Shown here: one piece after another, positions 28,281-39,000 of the stretch | Layout of the letters: each line of letters starts with the position of its first letter | Position numbering within the stretch: position 1 is the first letter of the stretch | Made by a program: the position numbers and the translations under genes | Notes under the pieces: generated by a model | Told to the model about the DNA's origin: nothing | Databases searched by the model: none | The model's input: only the letters and a program-made list of their open reading frames with translations | Source of the DNA: Marine Group II euryarchaeote MED-G38 | Lineage (GTDB): Archaea; Thermoplasmatota; Poseidoniia; Poseidoniales; Thalassarchaeaceae | DNA: 64,000 nucleotides | NCBI GenBank assembly: GCA_002457145.1 | Contig: NTJP01000005.1 | Coordinates: 36,000-99,999 of the forward strand | Direction: 5' to 3'

Positions 28281-30755
28281 TCATTCTAGATTATGCATCC
28301 TTACTAAAGCAACGGATATTATTTCAAGTTCTTTAGGAATTTCTACACCAGAAATTGCAGATTTTAAGGAAAGCCCATTATCTTTCTTTTTCTTCCAAAC
28401 GGAAGAATTGAAATCTATTATAAGTTGGGATATAGTATCTAAATTTATAAAGTGACTAGGTACATTGAGATCTAAATTTGGATATTTATCTGCTGTAATA
28501 CTGCTTTTATTATATAATGTTAAAGATATATGGTGGCAAAAGAATGGGCAAATAGGTGTAAAAACAGTAATTATATCCTTTACAATCCTATGTAACGTCC
28601 ATGAAGCATTTGCGTCATCGGAATATAATCTGGTTTTAGCCATCTCTAACCAATGGCTTGGAAATATCCCAGTTGCAAAATTCTTAATTGATTGAGCAGC
28701 GGTATATATATCAATATCTATCCAGGATTTATGTATGTTTTCCATATTTCTAATATGTTCAGATAAAATCCAAATGTCTTCTGCCGGTAAATCTACAGGT
28801 TGAGTATCTAGATTAATAGGTACATCAAACTGGCTAGCAAATCTTGCAACATTAAATATTTTAGTTAAAACTCCAAAATATTTTGATTCAATTTCTTCTG
28901 GGTTGATATGGAAATCATCGCCAACCTGAGCATCACATGCTTTCCACAAACGAAAACATTCACTACCTATTTTCTTAGCTTGCAAATGAACCTGTTTACC
29001 GTCTGGACCCTTAATTTTCCATGAGCCGGTTCTACCTCCAAAGCCACATTCTAAAACAGAATTTGCATCTATGCCGTTACCAACAGATTTAGACATTTTT
29101 CTGCCCCAAGGATCCATTCCTAGACCATCTATCCAAATATGATTAAATGCAGGTTTGTCTAGTAAGAGTGTACTCTTTAGCATTGTATAATAAAGCCAGG
29201 TCCTTACTATTTCTTTACCTTGAGGTCTGAGGGCTGTTGGAAAAGATCTTCTAAATAAGTCATTATCGTTTAGATATCCTGAAACAAATAAATTAGAGTT
29301 TGATGAGTCCATCCATGTATCAAAAACTTTATTTTCACCTTTAATCAATCCAAGATGTGGAAGATCTTTATCATATTTGCAGATAAATTCTCTAGATTTT
29401 CTATCCAATACTTCTGAGCCTGCAGGTGGTAAATCTTTCCATGGCTGGACATATTTTCCCGTAGGAGGAAGAATTATTTTAGTTCCATCTTCAGAATACC
29501 AAATAGGTATTTCTGTGTGATACCAACGTCTTCTACTTATTGGCCAATCTATTGAAATACCCTCCATCCAGTCATTAAGAAATTGTCTATTTCTTTCAGG
29601 TATTACACGACTTTGTTTTGAAAGTTCTAGAATTCGGTTCTGTATATGAGTTTGTTTCACGTACCATTCTTTTAGTAAAATTATTTCTATAGGATTATTT
29701 CCTCTTTCACTTACAGGAATTTCTTGTATATGATCTTGAATTGTGGAAATTAAATTATTATCTGACAATAGTTCAATGGCCTTATCACGCGCATCCATCA
29801 CCGATAGGCCAAAAAGAGGTCCGGAAATAGATGTCAATTTACCTTCTAAGTCTATAGCTTGAAATGGTTTTAATTTTAATTCTCTGAATATAGATACATC
29901 ATTTTGATCGCCGAAAGAACAGACCATTAAAACACCAGAACCAAAATCCATTTTTACTGATGGGTGTGAAACGATTTTTACAGTTTTTGTTCTATTTTTT
30001 ACCTCAATTGGTAAAAAAATATTTTTACCAATTAATTCTTTGTATCTAGAATCTTCTGGATGTACAACTACTACGCCACATGCACAAATCATTTCCGGCC
30101 TTGTTGTTGTAATTATTACTTCTTGATTATCTTCAGTGAACCATCTTACATCGCATAATTTAGTATTTCTTTTAACTCTATGAACTTCTGCATCAGCTAT
30201 TGTAGTTCCTTCTACTGGGTCATATATATTTGGTCTTAAATCCTCAATAATCTCTCCTTTTTTGAATAAATCTACGAAAATTGCCTGTGTAATGGCCCTA
30301 TAATTTGGAGAATCTGTATGATATTCCTTATCAAAATCACATGATAATCCTACTCTTTTAGCGGTAAGTTTCATTTCCTGTGTATATCCTTCTATGGTTT
30401 CTTTACATAAATTTAGGAATTCTTCTCTATCAAATGTTCGCATCTTTCGACCCATCTTTTTTTCTACAGTAAATTCTATATTTATTCCATTTCTATCAAC
30501 TCCCCATGGAAAAAATACTTCTTTACCAAGGAGTCTTTGACTTCTGGCTATGACGTCGATCATACTATATTGTGCAACTGCACCAATATGCCAGGTTCCA
30601 CTTGGATATGGCGGAGGAGTATCTATAACGAATATCTCTTTCTTACTTTTTGGATTAAACGTATATACATCACCTATGTCATTGTAATGATTTTCTTGAA
30701 TTATCTTTTCCAAATCTATTGACCATCTCTTTTCAGAAATTTTGGGATTACTCAT
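28281..30755 (-). CDS. valS: Valine--tRNA ligase (archaeal type)
   Basis: IDTPPPYPSGTWHIG, TTRPE, FGSGVLMVCSFGD, DWPISRRR, FDTWMDSS and KMSKS. Confidence 0.95.
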   Translation of the reverse strand: MSNPKISEKRWSIDLEKIIQENHYNDIGDVYTFNPKSKKEIFVIDTPPPYPSGTWHIGAVAQYSMIDVIARSQRLLGKEVFFPWGVDRNGINIEFTVEKKMGRKMRTFDREEFLNLCKETIEGYTQEMKLTAKRVGLSCDFDKEYHTDSPNYRAITQAIFVDLFKKGEIIEDLRPNIYDPVEGTTIADAEVHRVKRNTKLCDVRWFTEDNQEVIITTTRPEMICACGVVVVHPEDSRYKELIGKNIFLPIEVKNRTKTVKIVSHPSVKMDFGSGVLMVCSFGDQNDVSIFRELKLKPFQAIDLEGKLTSISGPLFGLSVMDARDKAIELLSDNNLISTIQDHIQEIPVSERGNNPIEIILLKEWYVKQTHIQNRILELSKQSRVIPERNRQFLNDWMEGISIDWPISRRRWYHTEIPIWYSEDGTKIILPPTGKYVQPWKDLPPAGSEVLDRKSREFICKYDKDLPHLGLIKGENKVFDTWMDSSNSNLFVSGYLNDNDLFRRSFPTALRPQGKEIVRTWLYYTMLKSTLLLDKPAFNHIWIDGLGMDPWGRKMSKSVGNGIDANSVLECGFGGRTGSWKIKGPDGKQVHLQAKKIGSECFRLWKACDAQVGDDFHINPEEIESKYFGVLTKIFNVARFASQFDVPINLDTQPVDLPAEDIWILSEHIRNMENIHKSWIDIDIYTAAQSIKNFATGIFPSHWLEMAKTRLYSDDANASWTLHRIVKDIITVFTPICPFFCHHISLTLYNKSSITADKYPNLDLNVPSHFINLDTISQLIIDFNSSVWKKKKDNGLSLKSAISGVEIPKELEIISVALVRMHNLE

Positions 30756-30885
30756 ATTCTTCCCCTCTATTATTATATGTGGCATACTAAGTTACTCTTG
30801 ACCGTTACCAATCATTCATAGAAATATAGACCTTTTTTGAATTGAACAGACGAGAGGTTGAAGTTCTTGGTTCATACAGGTAGCA

Positions 30886-33771
30886 TTGAGTGGCATGGTT
30901 GTTGGAAGCGATGACACTAGTTTAATTATTGATAAACTTAAATATTTTATCAATGATATTAGGAGAAAATCTAGAGATTTGACTCCGAATAAGGCATTAA
31001 CAATGTTTCCAGCCATACCAGTTGTGATATGTTTGATTATAACAGGATTTTTTACTGCGCATTCTGGTGTGAACGACTGTAGAGATGGTTATGAACCATC
31101 TTGGTGTAGCGAAGAAGGAGCATTAAATGTTAATGGGGAAATGGAAATTTACCTTCCTGAATCTACTGATCCCATTGGTTCAAAGAATTTACTACAAGAA
31201 GTTGGAGAAAACTGGACTACAAATATAATGGTGATATATGTCGAATCCGAAAATTATAATGTTACAGATACAAGAATACTCGATGAAATAGACATTATCG
31301 AAAGAAGCGTTAACAACATCAGAGACGATGCTGGAGATGAAGATTCAATAGTTTATGTATTATCAATCTCTACAGTGATTAAGGAAGTTAACTCAAGTGC
31401 AGGTAGAGTTACTAAAGCGTTCTTTAATGGATTAGCAGAAGCAACTGGTAATGAGGATCTATCAGAAAATATTAACGAAACCATAGATCAACAATCGGAT
31501 ATATTAGGAAATTATGCAATACCCGATGAGCAAGACAGGGTTGACAGGATTTTAGCTGAGATGCCACAAAATGCCCTAGATAAATTAGTTAGAGATGTAG
31601 GTACATTTGATGCCGAAGGAAATCAAGTCAATATTTCATCCAAAAAATGGAATAGGGCTGTTATTATAATCGGTATTTCAGATAATCTAGATAAAAATGG
31701 AGATGGGATAGAGGATATTTCAATACCTGATATAATTCAAGAAACCCAAATGAACATTGATAAATTATCAATAGAAAATGACTGGGAAGGAAAAAATCTC
31801 ACAATGACTTTAACTGGACCAGTGCCACTAACTAATGCAATTACTGAGGAGTCTTTCAAATTATTTTGGAAGGTTTTTCCTTATGGAGTAATTGCAGTGG
31901 CTGCAGGATTATTCATTTTCCATTGTGATATTTTACAAACCGGAAGACCCAGAATAGTACAAGGCATAAAAACAGTAATTATCACTGGATTACCTACCTT
32001 ATGTTCAGTTTGGGTAACTTTAGGCATAATAGGATTTTCAGATTATGAAGTAACAATGACTGTTATTATTGTAGGCCCGATAGTCTTAGCATTGGGTGTA
32101 TCTTATGGATTACACATTACAAATAGATATGCAGAGGCCAAAGGAACTCCTAAGGATAAAATTAATGAAGCTTTAAATTCTACAGGAAGAGCAGTTTTTC
32201 TCTCAGCAATTACGACTATAATTGGATTTATTTCTTTAGTTTTTACTCCGATGAGGCCTATACAAACAGTTGGTTGGTCTTTGGCAGGAGGAATAGTAGT
32301 AGTATATTTTATGACTATGTTAATGGTTCCTAATTTAACATTATTATTAGATTTAAAGAAACCTTCACATCCCCCTCCTAAACTATTTACTTCTGCAGTT
32401 AACGTGCCAGTAAATTGGACAAAGACTAGTTTGAGTATATTTGTCTTATTATTATTACTTTCTTCTGGAATTTCTAGACAGAACATTGAAGAAAATATTG
32501 ATCTTTTAGATATGGCACCAGAAGAAGTTGGTGCAGTTCAAAAAATGAAAGTATATTCTAACGAGTTCGAGTCGGGGCAACCTGGATTTATTTTGGTTAA
32601 AGCACCAATTGGGGCAGAACCTTCATTCTCATTTACTGCCGAACATCCATATGCCAATTTAGAAGGTATTGAAAATTTAGAAACAGAATGTGATAGAGTT
32701 GACAATACTACAGCGGTTTCTATAGTATTTTTAATGAAAGCCATTGCCGTTGGCGTAAATTTATCTGGGTCTCCGATACTGGACATTATAGACAATTCTC
32801 CGGTTCCAGTACCATCTCCAATACAAGATGTAGCAGAATTGATATTTGACAGAGAAGCATCAGGTAATGCATCTTTTTGGGCTGCTTTAGATACTTTAGA
32901 TGCTCAAGAAGATGATGGAGGAAGACAAGTACAAAATTTCCTCTTATATGTCTTTTACAATAGCTTAACAACCGAAATGAGAGAATTATTTATATCATCA
33001 GATTTTTCAAGAAATTTAATTTATGTAGATATGCCTTTTATGGACAGTAAAACTACAGATATCGCTGTAACAGAATTAAATTTAAAAACAGAAGCGGCAG
33101 GTAAAAATGAAAACTCGATAGATGCATCAAGTTTAATCGGAGTAGCTCCAATAACGATAGAAATTAATCAACTCATAGTAGGCTCACAATGGAATTCGTT
33201 ATTTTTTGCATTGGCATTTACTGTAATTACTTTAGCATTAGTATTTAGAGACCTAAGATATGCATTATTGACTACAATGCCTGTAGGATTTACAGTGGGA
33301 ATGCAGTGGATCGTTATGGATTCTAACGGCGTACCATTAAATTTGGTAACAGTCATGATTGGTTCGATACTTGTCGGCGTTGGAGTAGATTTTTCAATCC
33401 ACATAGCAAATAGGGTTAAAGAATTAGGAGGTACATTAGATGCTATAAAAACAGCTTGTGCAAGCACCGGAATGAGTTTAGCAGAAGCAACTACTGTAAC
33501 TGCATTAGGAATGTCTTGTGCATTCCTAATACCAATTCCAGCAATTCAACCATTTATTGCAGTAATTATCATATTACTAATTGTTGCTGCTCTATCTGCG
33601 TTATTATTATTACCTGCAATTTATGCTATTATGGTAAAGACGAATTGGGGCCTAACTGGAGGAGTAGAAAATATGGTGAAAAGTGCTGGACTTAGAAGGG
33701 CTATCGCTAGAGATGAGATTGATGCCTTAGATGCATCTTTAATTTTGGGTACTTCAGAAGACGCGTGGTAA
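30886..33771 (+). CDS. RND/MMPL-family transporter
   Basis: Two TM bundles with GVSYGLHITNRY..TGRAVFLSAITT and GVGVDFSIHIANR; large acidic extracellular loops. Confidence 0.92.
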   Translation: MSGMVVGSDDTSLIIDKLKYFINDIRRKSRDLTPNKALTMFPAIPVVICLIITGFFTAHSGVNDCRDGYEPSWCSEEGALNVNGEMEIYLPESTDPIGSKNLLQEVGENWTTNIMVIYVESENYNVTDTRILDEIDIIERSVNNIRDDAGDEDSIVYVLSISTVIKEVNSSAGRVTKAFFNGLAEATGNEDLSENINETIDQQSDILGNYAIPDEQDRVDRILAEMPQNALDKLVRDVGTFDAEGNQVNISSKKWNRAVIIIGISDNLDKNGDGIEDISIPDIIQETQMNIDKLSIENDWEGKNLTMTLTGPVPLTNAITEESFKLFWKVFPYGVIAVAAGLFIFHCDILQTGRPRIVQGIKTVIITGLPTLCSVWVTLGIIGFSDYEVTMTVIIVGPIVLALGVSYGLHITNRYAEAKGTPKDKINEALNSTGRAVFLSAITTIIGFISLVFTPMRPIQTVGWSLAGGIVVVYFMTMLMVPNLTLLLDLKKPSHPPPKLFTSAVNVPVNWTKTSLSIFVLLLLLSSGISRQNIEENIDLLDMAPEEVGAVQKMKVYSNEFESGQPGFILVKAPIGAEPSFSFTAEHPYANLEGIENLETECDRVDNTTAVSIVFLMKAIAVGVNLSGSPILDIIDNSPVPVPSPIQDVAELIFDREASGNASFWAALDTLDAQEDDGGRQVQNFLLYVFYNSLTTEMRELFISSDFSRNLIYVDMPFMDSKTTDIAVTELNLKTEAAGKNENSIDASSLIGVAPITIEINQLIVGSQWNSLFFALAFTVITLALVFRDLRYALLTTMPVGFTVGMQWIVMDSNGVPLNLVTVMIGSILVGVGVDFSIHIANRVKELGGTLDAIKTACASTGMSLAEATTVTALGMSCAFLIPIPAIQPFIAVIIILLIVAALSALLLLPAIYAIMVKTNWGLTGGVENMVKSAGLRRAIARDEIDALDASLILGTSEDAW

Positions 33772-33790
33772 TTTATAATATCATAATATA

Positions 33791-34285
33791 TTGGATAGTG
33801 AGATAAAAATGAGAAAGTATTGGCTTATGAAAAGTGAACTAGATGTTTATCCATGGGAGGCATTAGTTTCCGAAGGTAGGACGCATTGGGATGGAGTTAG
33901 AAATTATCAAGCTAGAAACATGATGAGAGATAAAATGAAAAAAGGAGACTTGGTATTATTTTATCATTCAAATTGTAAACCACCACACATAGCAGGTATA
34001 GCAAAAATAGTTAGAGAATCATATGCAGATTTCACATCCTGGGATGTAAAATCGAAATATTTTGACCCTAAATCTACTCCTGAAAATCCAAGATGGTTTA
34101 TGGTTGATATAGAACCCTTAATAAAAATTGATAATATTGGTTTACCTGATTTAAGATCTAACCCTCTTTTAGAAGGTATGCCGCTTCTTAAGAAAGGTAG
34201 TAGATTGTCAGTTCAACCAGTACCAGAAGAATATTTTAGTGTAATATGTACTATTAGTGGAATAAATAATTTCGAAACATTATAG
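33791..34285 (+). CDS. EVE domain protein
   Basis: YWLMKSE, WDGVRNYQARN, FYHSNC, YFDPKS...PRWFMVD and RLSVQPV. Confidence 0.95.
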   Translation: MDSEIKMRKYWLMKSELDVYPWEALVSEGRTHWDGVRNYQARNMMRDKMKKGDLVLFYHSNCKPPHIAGIAKIVRESYADFTSWDVKSKYFDPKSTPENPRWFMVDIEPLIKIDNIGLPDLRSNPLLEGMPLLKKGSRLSVQPVPEEYFSVICTISGINNFETL

Positions 34286-34609
34286 TGGGCATGTTCTCGG
34301 TGGACGTACGTTGCCAAAAATGTTGAGACATCAATCTCCTCAGCCCCGCTATCCCAAGGCATCCAGCATCCCCGGTCGGGTTGCTCGCTTCCGCGCCTGA
34401 CCTGGTTCCCGGGTATAAAAAAGTCAATTCTTCCCTCCGGAAGGACATCCTATCAACCTGGATCTCTTGGGGGCGAAGCGTCGACGTTAACTGATGAGAC
34501 ATCAGAGGCTCGTCTACGCCGCCCTCGAACTTCAGGCCACCATTATCAACGATTTGTGGAAAATAGAACACGTCAACGCTCCCCCTAGCCCGTGCTAGGG
34601 ATAAGCCCA
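34285..34609 (-). ncRNA. ffs: Archaeal signal recognition particle (7S) RNA
   Basis: GC-rich island. Minus strand has helix 8 CAGGCGC-GGAA-GCGAGCAAC, helix 6 CTTCC-GGAG-GGAAG, Alu-like loops TGACG/CGTTG and terminal TGGGC/GCCCA pairing. Ends approximate. Confidence 0.92.
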
Positions 34610-34633
34610 TCACGTATCAATTAATCCATTTGT

Positions 34634-35023
34634 TTAAGAATCAACTGTCTCATATTTAGAAGGACATCCGGTGATAACTTCAGAAGCTTGAATATTCCAA
34701 GAATTATTGATTTTAACTAACTTTCCTTTAACAGCAACTGGTAAACCCTCTTGAAATCCCTCTGGTATTGATGCAGCAGAAAAATCAATAATTAAATATT
34801 GATTAGTTCCGGATATCGTGAATATATTTTCTTCAATAATCAGACTATTATTTAGCACATCACCTCTGACAAATAATTCCTTATTTTCATAATTATCTGG
34901 GTTAGTCATTATTTCATCGACTGAATATTGAACCTCGGGTTCCACTGATATAAACATCAATAAAAGTAATGAAGACATTGCTATTGAGATAATAATTAAT
35001 TTAGTTTTTTTATTTGCTACCAT
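34634..35023 (-). CDS. ccmE: Cytochrome c maturation heme chaperone CcmE (Cys type)
   Basis: N-terminal TM, OB-fold VRG.V...IPEGFQEG..V.VKG, and C-terminal CPSKY. Confidence 0.88.
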   Translation of the reverse strand: MVANKKTKLIIISIAMSSLLLLMFISVEPEVQYSVDEIMTNPDNYENKELFVRGDVLNNSLIIEENIFTISGTNQYLIIDFSAASIPEGFQEGLPVAVKGKLVKINNSWNIQASEVITGCPSKYETVDS

Positions 35024-35046
35024 GTCGCACAACTCTAAAAAAATAA

Positions 35047-36147
35047 TCACTTATGTTTGTATCCTACTGCCTCGGAAATACTACTAAAGCCTTCTTCGAT
35101 ACGTTTCTCTTTAATCCCTTTAACAATTGTAGATACAACAGATGGTCCTTGAAAAACTAAGGATGAATATAATTGTATTAGAGAAGCTCCGGATGTTATT
35201 GAAGACCACGCGGTTTCTGGAGATTCTATTCCTCCAACTCCAATGATGGGGATTTTCCCATGAGTATGATTAAAAATTAATTCTATTACTTCCTTTGATC
35301 TATTATGAAGTGGCCTTCCTGATAGGCCGCCTTCTTCTGAAAAAATACGTCTAGATTGGGCATTAGTAGGATTAGGTTTTACTACAGTAGTATTTGTTGC
35401 CACAAAACCATCTATATGATTTCTAGTTGCAACATTAAGAGAATCTAATATCTGATCATTTGTCCTGTCGGGAGATAATTTCAATAATATAGGTTTATGT
35501 TCATTCATGTGGCGTATGTGGTTGCATTCTTTTAGGATAGAATTGAGATAAGTTTCACCTTGAAGATCTCGTAAGTTAGGCGTATTAGGGGATGATACGT
35601 TTAATACAAAAAAATCAGCATAATCCCATAGAATTTTCAACGTTTCGGAATAATCATTTGGGGAGTCTGTATTTGACACTTTACTAGACCTCCCAATATT
35701 AGCAGCAATTGGTATATTGGGCCAATTATTAGATAATTTACGTGCAAGTAATTTATCTTTAATTGCCAAGGCCCCGGGATTATTAAGTCCCATTCTATTT
35801 ACCAATGCATTTTCTTTATTTGCCCTAAACATCCTTGGTTTTGGATTACCTTCTTGAGGGAATCTAGTTATCCCCCCATACTCCCCCCAGGAGAAGCCTA
35901 AGGCTGGCCAAGAGGATAATGCATCCGCCCCTTTATCGAATCCAGCTGCCAAACCTAAAGGGTGTTGAAATGACGTATTGAAAACATCTATTGGTTCTGG
36001 TGATGCCGCATATGCAGAATTTAGAATTTTTTGTCCGATATTTTTTTGACCGAATTTAGTGAGTAAATTAATACTCATTTTATGAGACTTTTCTGAACTA
36101 AATCCTCTGAGTAGCGGAAATATAAGAGTTCTGTAAGGCAGACCCAT
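35047..36147 (-). CDS. pyrD: Quinone-dependent dihydroorotate dehydrogenase (class 2)
   Basis: PLGLAAGFDK, QEGNPKPRMFR, NRMGLNNPG, NVSSPNTPNLR, GGLSG and IIGVGGI. Confidence 0.95.
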   Translation of the reverse strand: MGLPYRTLIFPLLRGFSSEKSHKMSINLLTKFGQKNIGQKILNSAYAASPEPIDVFNTSFQHPLGLAAGFDKGADALSSWPALGFSWGEYGGITRFPQEGNPKPRMFRANKENALVNRMGLNNPGALAIKDKLLARKLSNNWPNIPIAANIGRSSKVSNTDSPNDYSETLKILWDYADFFVLNVSSPNTPNLRDLQGETYLNSILKECNHIRHMNEHKPILLKLSPDRTNDQILDSLNVATRNHIDGFVATNTTVVKPNPTNAQSRRIFSEEGGLSGRPLHNRSKEVIELIFNHTHGKIPIIGVGGIESPETAWSSITSGASLIQLYSSLVFQGPSVVSTIVKGIKEKRIEEGFSSISEAVGYKHK

Positions 36148-36181
36148 TGATAACCCGAGAAGGCAATATTCTTCAATAGTT

Positions 36182-36622
36182 GTGTATCATAGTTATATTA
36201 TGTCCTCTTCTGCATACGATTTATCTCTCTGGGAAATTTCTCGAAGAGCATTAAGATCTGAAAAATTAAAATTTTCTTTTGATGAAAAAACCAAAATAAA
36301 TATACAAAAATTAAGTAATCTTATTTCGGACTCAGCACCATCGATAATAATTGAAATGAATAAAGATGGATATGGCAAAAATAATCATATTGAAATCTTT
36401 AATAATGAAAAAAGAATAGGAATTATAGGTCTTGAAGAACCTAATAATATTGATTGTTTATGGATTCCGACAGATATTAGTACATTTTGGGAAGATTTTG
36501 AAAATAAAATATTACATTTAGTTGAAGCAGGATATCCTGGTTGCATTGGATGTGGCGGGCCTGGTTCAGAAGAGGTATGGAATGAAAATAAATACCGAAT
36601 TCAAATTCGAGAAAATAAGTAA
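36182..36622 (+). CDS. Hypothetical protein with C-terminal CxxC (GYPGCIGCGGPG)
   Basis: ORF only; the start may be ATG 36200. Confidence 0.7.
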   Translation: MYHSYIMSSSAYDLSLWEISRRALRSEKLKFSFDEKTKINIQKLSNLISDSAPSIIIEMNKDGYGKNNHIEIFNNEKRIGIIGLEEPNNIDCLWIPTDISTFWEDFENKILHLVEAGYPGCIGCGGPGSEEVWNENKYRIQIRENK

Positions 36623-36726
36623 GCTAAAAACTATGGTTATCAATAATGGATAGTTACTCACATTTATACATAGAATATTATTCGACAATTAATAGTGAGT
36701 ACCATAGATAAGGAGGATGAAGTGAT

Positions 36727-38991
36727 TTGAAATTGATGATTATGGAATCTGGTGCTAAAGCTAAGACTGTTAAAAAATATCTAGGAAAAGGTTGGATTGT
36801 TGATGCATGTGGTGGTCACATTGACAGATTACCGTCAAAAAAAGGAGAGAAGGGTAAAAATGAAGCTATGTGGAAATCTGAGCCTGATAAACTTCCGGAT
36901 GCACCTTGGACCTCAGATAGAAATAAAAAAGAAAAAATTAATAAAATTATAAAAAATGCAAAATCTAAAAAAGTTGATGAGGTATTTATTGCTACAGATC
37001 CCGATAGAGAAGGAGAATTTATTGCATGGAGATTAAGTGAAACTTTTATCAAGGCAGGATTTAAAAATCAAAGAAGAGTTGTATTTAATGAAGTTACTGA
37101 GGAATCTGTACTAGATGCTCTAACAAGAAATGATGGAATAGATTTCAAGATAGTTGATGCGGCAAAAGTTAGAATGTTTATGGATCGCCTAATAGGATGG
37201 GAATGTGCTAATGTTAGTAGAAGATCTGGTATTGGATCCATGGGCCGTGTGCAAACGCCAACATTAGGTTTCATAGTTGAAAAAGAGTTAGAAAGAGAAA
37301 GTCATATTCCAAAGAAATATCATAGTGTTAATTTTAATTCAGGTGAAGTTAAATTCAAAATCAGATTTCATGAAAAGAATGATAAGAATGCTTGGATAGA
37401 TGATTCAAGCACAAAACCTAAACATTTCCCTGACAGAACCTTTGACTTAGATTTGGCTGAAAAATCAATTAAATTACTTAAGGAAAATAAAAAAATTCAA
37501 CTAAAATCTATTAAAAATAGTAAACAACATAGAAAACCGAAACCTCCCTTTACCACAGATACGTTATTACAAGCATCTAATTCTTCATTGGGTTGGTCAT
37601 TGAAGAAGACTAGTGATATAGCTGGAGAATTATATAATTTGGGGCATATTACCTACATAAGAACGGATTCAACTAGAACTAATCAAGATGCTCGTAAAGA
37701 AATTAAAGAATATATATCAAATGAATTTGGTAATGATTATATTGGTCAAGGAGTACTAGGGAACGATACCAAGAAGGAATCATCAAAAATTCAGGATGCT
37801 CACGAGGCTATAAGACCAACTAGACCTAAAATTAATGAAATAGATGAAAAAGATGATGATTTAAAGAAGTTATATAGACTAATTTGGTCACGTTTCGCAG
37901 GAAGTCAAATGTCTGATTCAATTAGAGAGAATAGATCAATAAATGCCGTCACAAAAGGTTTGGACAAGGACATTACAGGATCTCTTTCTTGGAGAATTCA
38001 TTCAGGATGGGAAGAAGTATTTCAAGAATATCATGGAAAAGTAAGAACAAAACCTCCTGAGAATAAATTAGAAATTGACGAAGTATGGTCAATTGATATA
38101 AACAATGATAATCCAGAATTAATTAGTGAACAAACAAAACCCCCGAGAAGATATTCAGAAAGTTCCATAGTACAAGAAATGAAAAGAGCAGGAATTGGTA
38201 GACCGTCAACCTATGTTTCTATGGTTCAAAGAATACTTGCAAAAGGATATGTTGAAAAGAAAAATGGTTCATTAATTCCTACTGAAAATGGAAAGAGGTT
38301 GTGGTTAGAAGTAGTTCCATTGTATAATAATCATTCAGAGAAAGTTGAATTATTTAGTACTAAATTTACATCAATAATGGAGTCTAAGCTAGATAATATA
38401 GCTAATAATAATGATAATTCTTCTAAAGTATGGCATGAATTTGTTAAAGATTTTTATAATATACATACTAAAGCAGATGATGATTCCAAAAACATACCCT
38501 CTATAAAGCAAATTAATCTTCTAAAAGATCTTTTGAGCAATATAAGTAAAGTAGAACAGGAAAGTATGTTAAGAGGGAAAGAAATAAATTTATTGACCAG
38601 GGATGAAATTAAACCGATTATAGATAATGCAATTAAAATATCTGGACCAAGGAGAGCGAGTAAAAAACAGATTGATTTGATAATTAAAAAATGTAATCAA
38701 TTAGGAATAATTTTAGATGATTTTCTAAATGAAAATAACGTAGATGATTTAGAGTCTTTGACTGGAGGGAGTAACGGAACAGCAAGCCTAATCATTGGAC
38801 AATTATTTGATATTGGTGGTAAAGAACCAGCAACTGAAAATCAAATAAAAGCAATTAGAAATATATCAAAATATCTAGAAATTAAAATAGAAGATGCAAT
38901 GGCAATAGTAAAAGCTACAACAATTGAAGAAATTAATAAAAAAGATGCTAGTGATTTGATTGGGAAAATGAAGAAAATGAAAAAGAAATAG
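36727..38991 (+). CDS. topA: Type IA DNA topoisomerase
   Basis: TOPRIM ESGAKAK/ATDPDREGE, GRVQTPTL, catalytic ITYIRTDS, QDAHEAIRPT and GIGRPSTY. Confidence 0.96.
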   Translation: MKLMIMESGAKAKTVKKYLGKGWIVDACGGHIDRLPSKKGEKGKNEAMWKSEPDKLPDAPWTSDRNKKEKINKIIKNAKSKKVDEVFIATDPDREGEFIAWRLSETFIKAGFKNQRRVVFNEVTEESVLDALTRNDGIDFKIVDAAKVRMFMDRLIGWECANVSRRSGIGSMGRVQTPTLGFIVEKELERESHIPKKYHSVNFNSGEVKFKIRFHEKNDKNAWIDDSSTKPKHFPDRTFDLDLAEKSIKLLKENKKIQLKSIKNSKQHRKPKPPFTTDTLLQASNSSLGWSLKKTSDIAGELYNLGHITYIRTDSTRTNQDARKEIKEYISNEFGNDYIGQGVLGNDTKKESSKIQDAHEAIRPTRPKINEIDEKDDDLKKLYRLIWSRFAGSQMSDSIRENRSINAVTKGLDKDITGSLSWRIHSGWEEVFQEYHGKVRTKPPENKLEIDEVWSIDINNDNPELISEQTKPPRRYSESSIVQEMKRAGIGRPSTYVSMVQRILAKGYVEKKNGSLIPTENGKRLWLEVVPLYNNHSEKVELFSTKFTSIMESKLDNIANNNDNSSKVWHEFVKDFYNIHTKADDDSKNIPSIKQINLLKDLLSNISKVEQESMLRGKEINLLTRDEIKPIIDNAIKISGPRRASKKQIDLIIKKCNQLGIILDDFLNENNVDDLESLTGGSNGTASLIIGQLFDIGGKEPATENQIKAIRNISKYLEIKIEDAMAIVKATTIEEINKKDASDLIGKMKKMKKK

Positions 38992-39000
38992 TTGATATTT

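Noticed and set aside
33791-34285. EVE protein as part of a modification-dependent restriction system
   Set aside because: Stand-alone EVE with no nuclease or toxin partner, in a housekeeping context.
34254-34613. 119-aa minus-strand ORF
   Set aside because: It coincides with the SRP RNA; an artefact of a GC-rich RNA gene.
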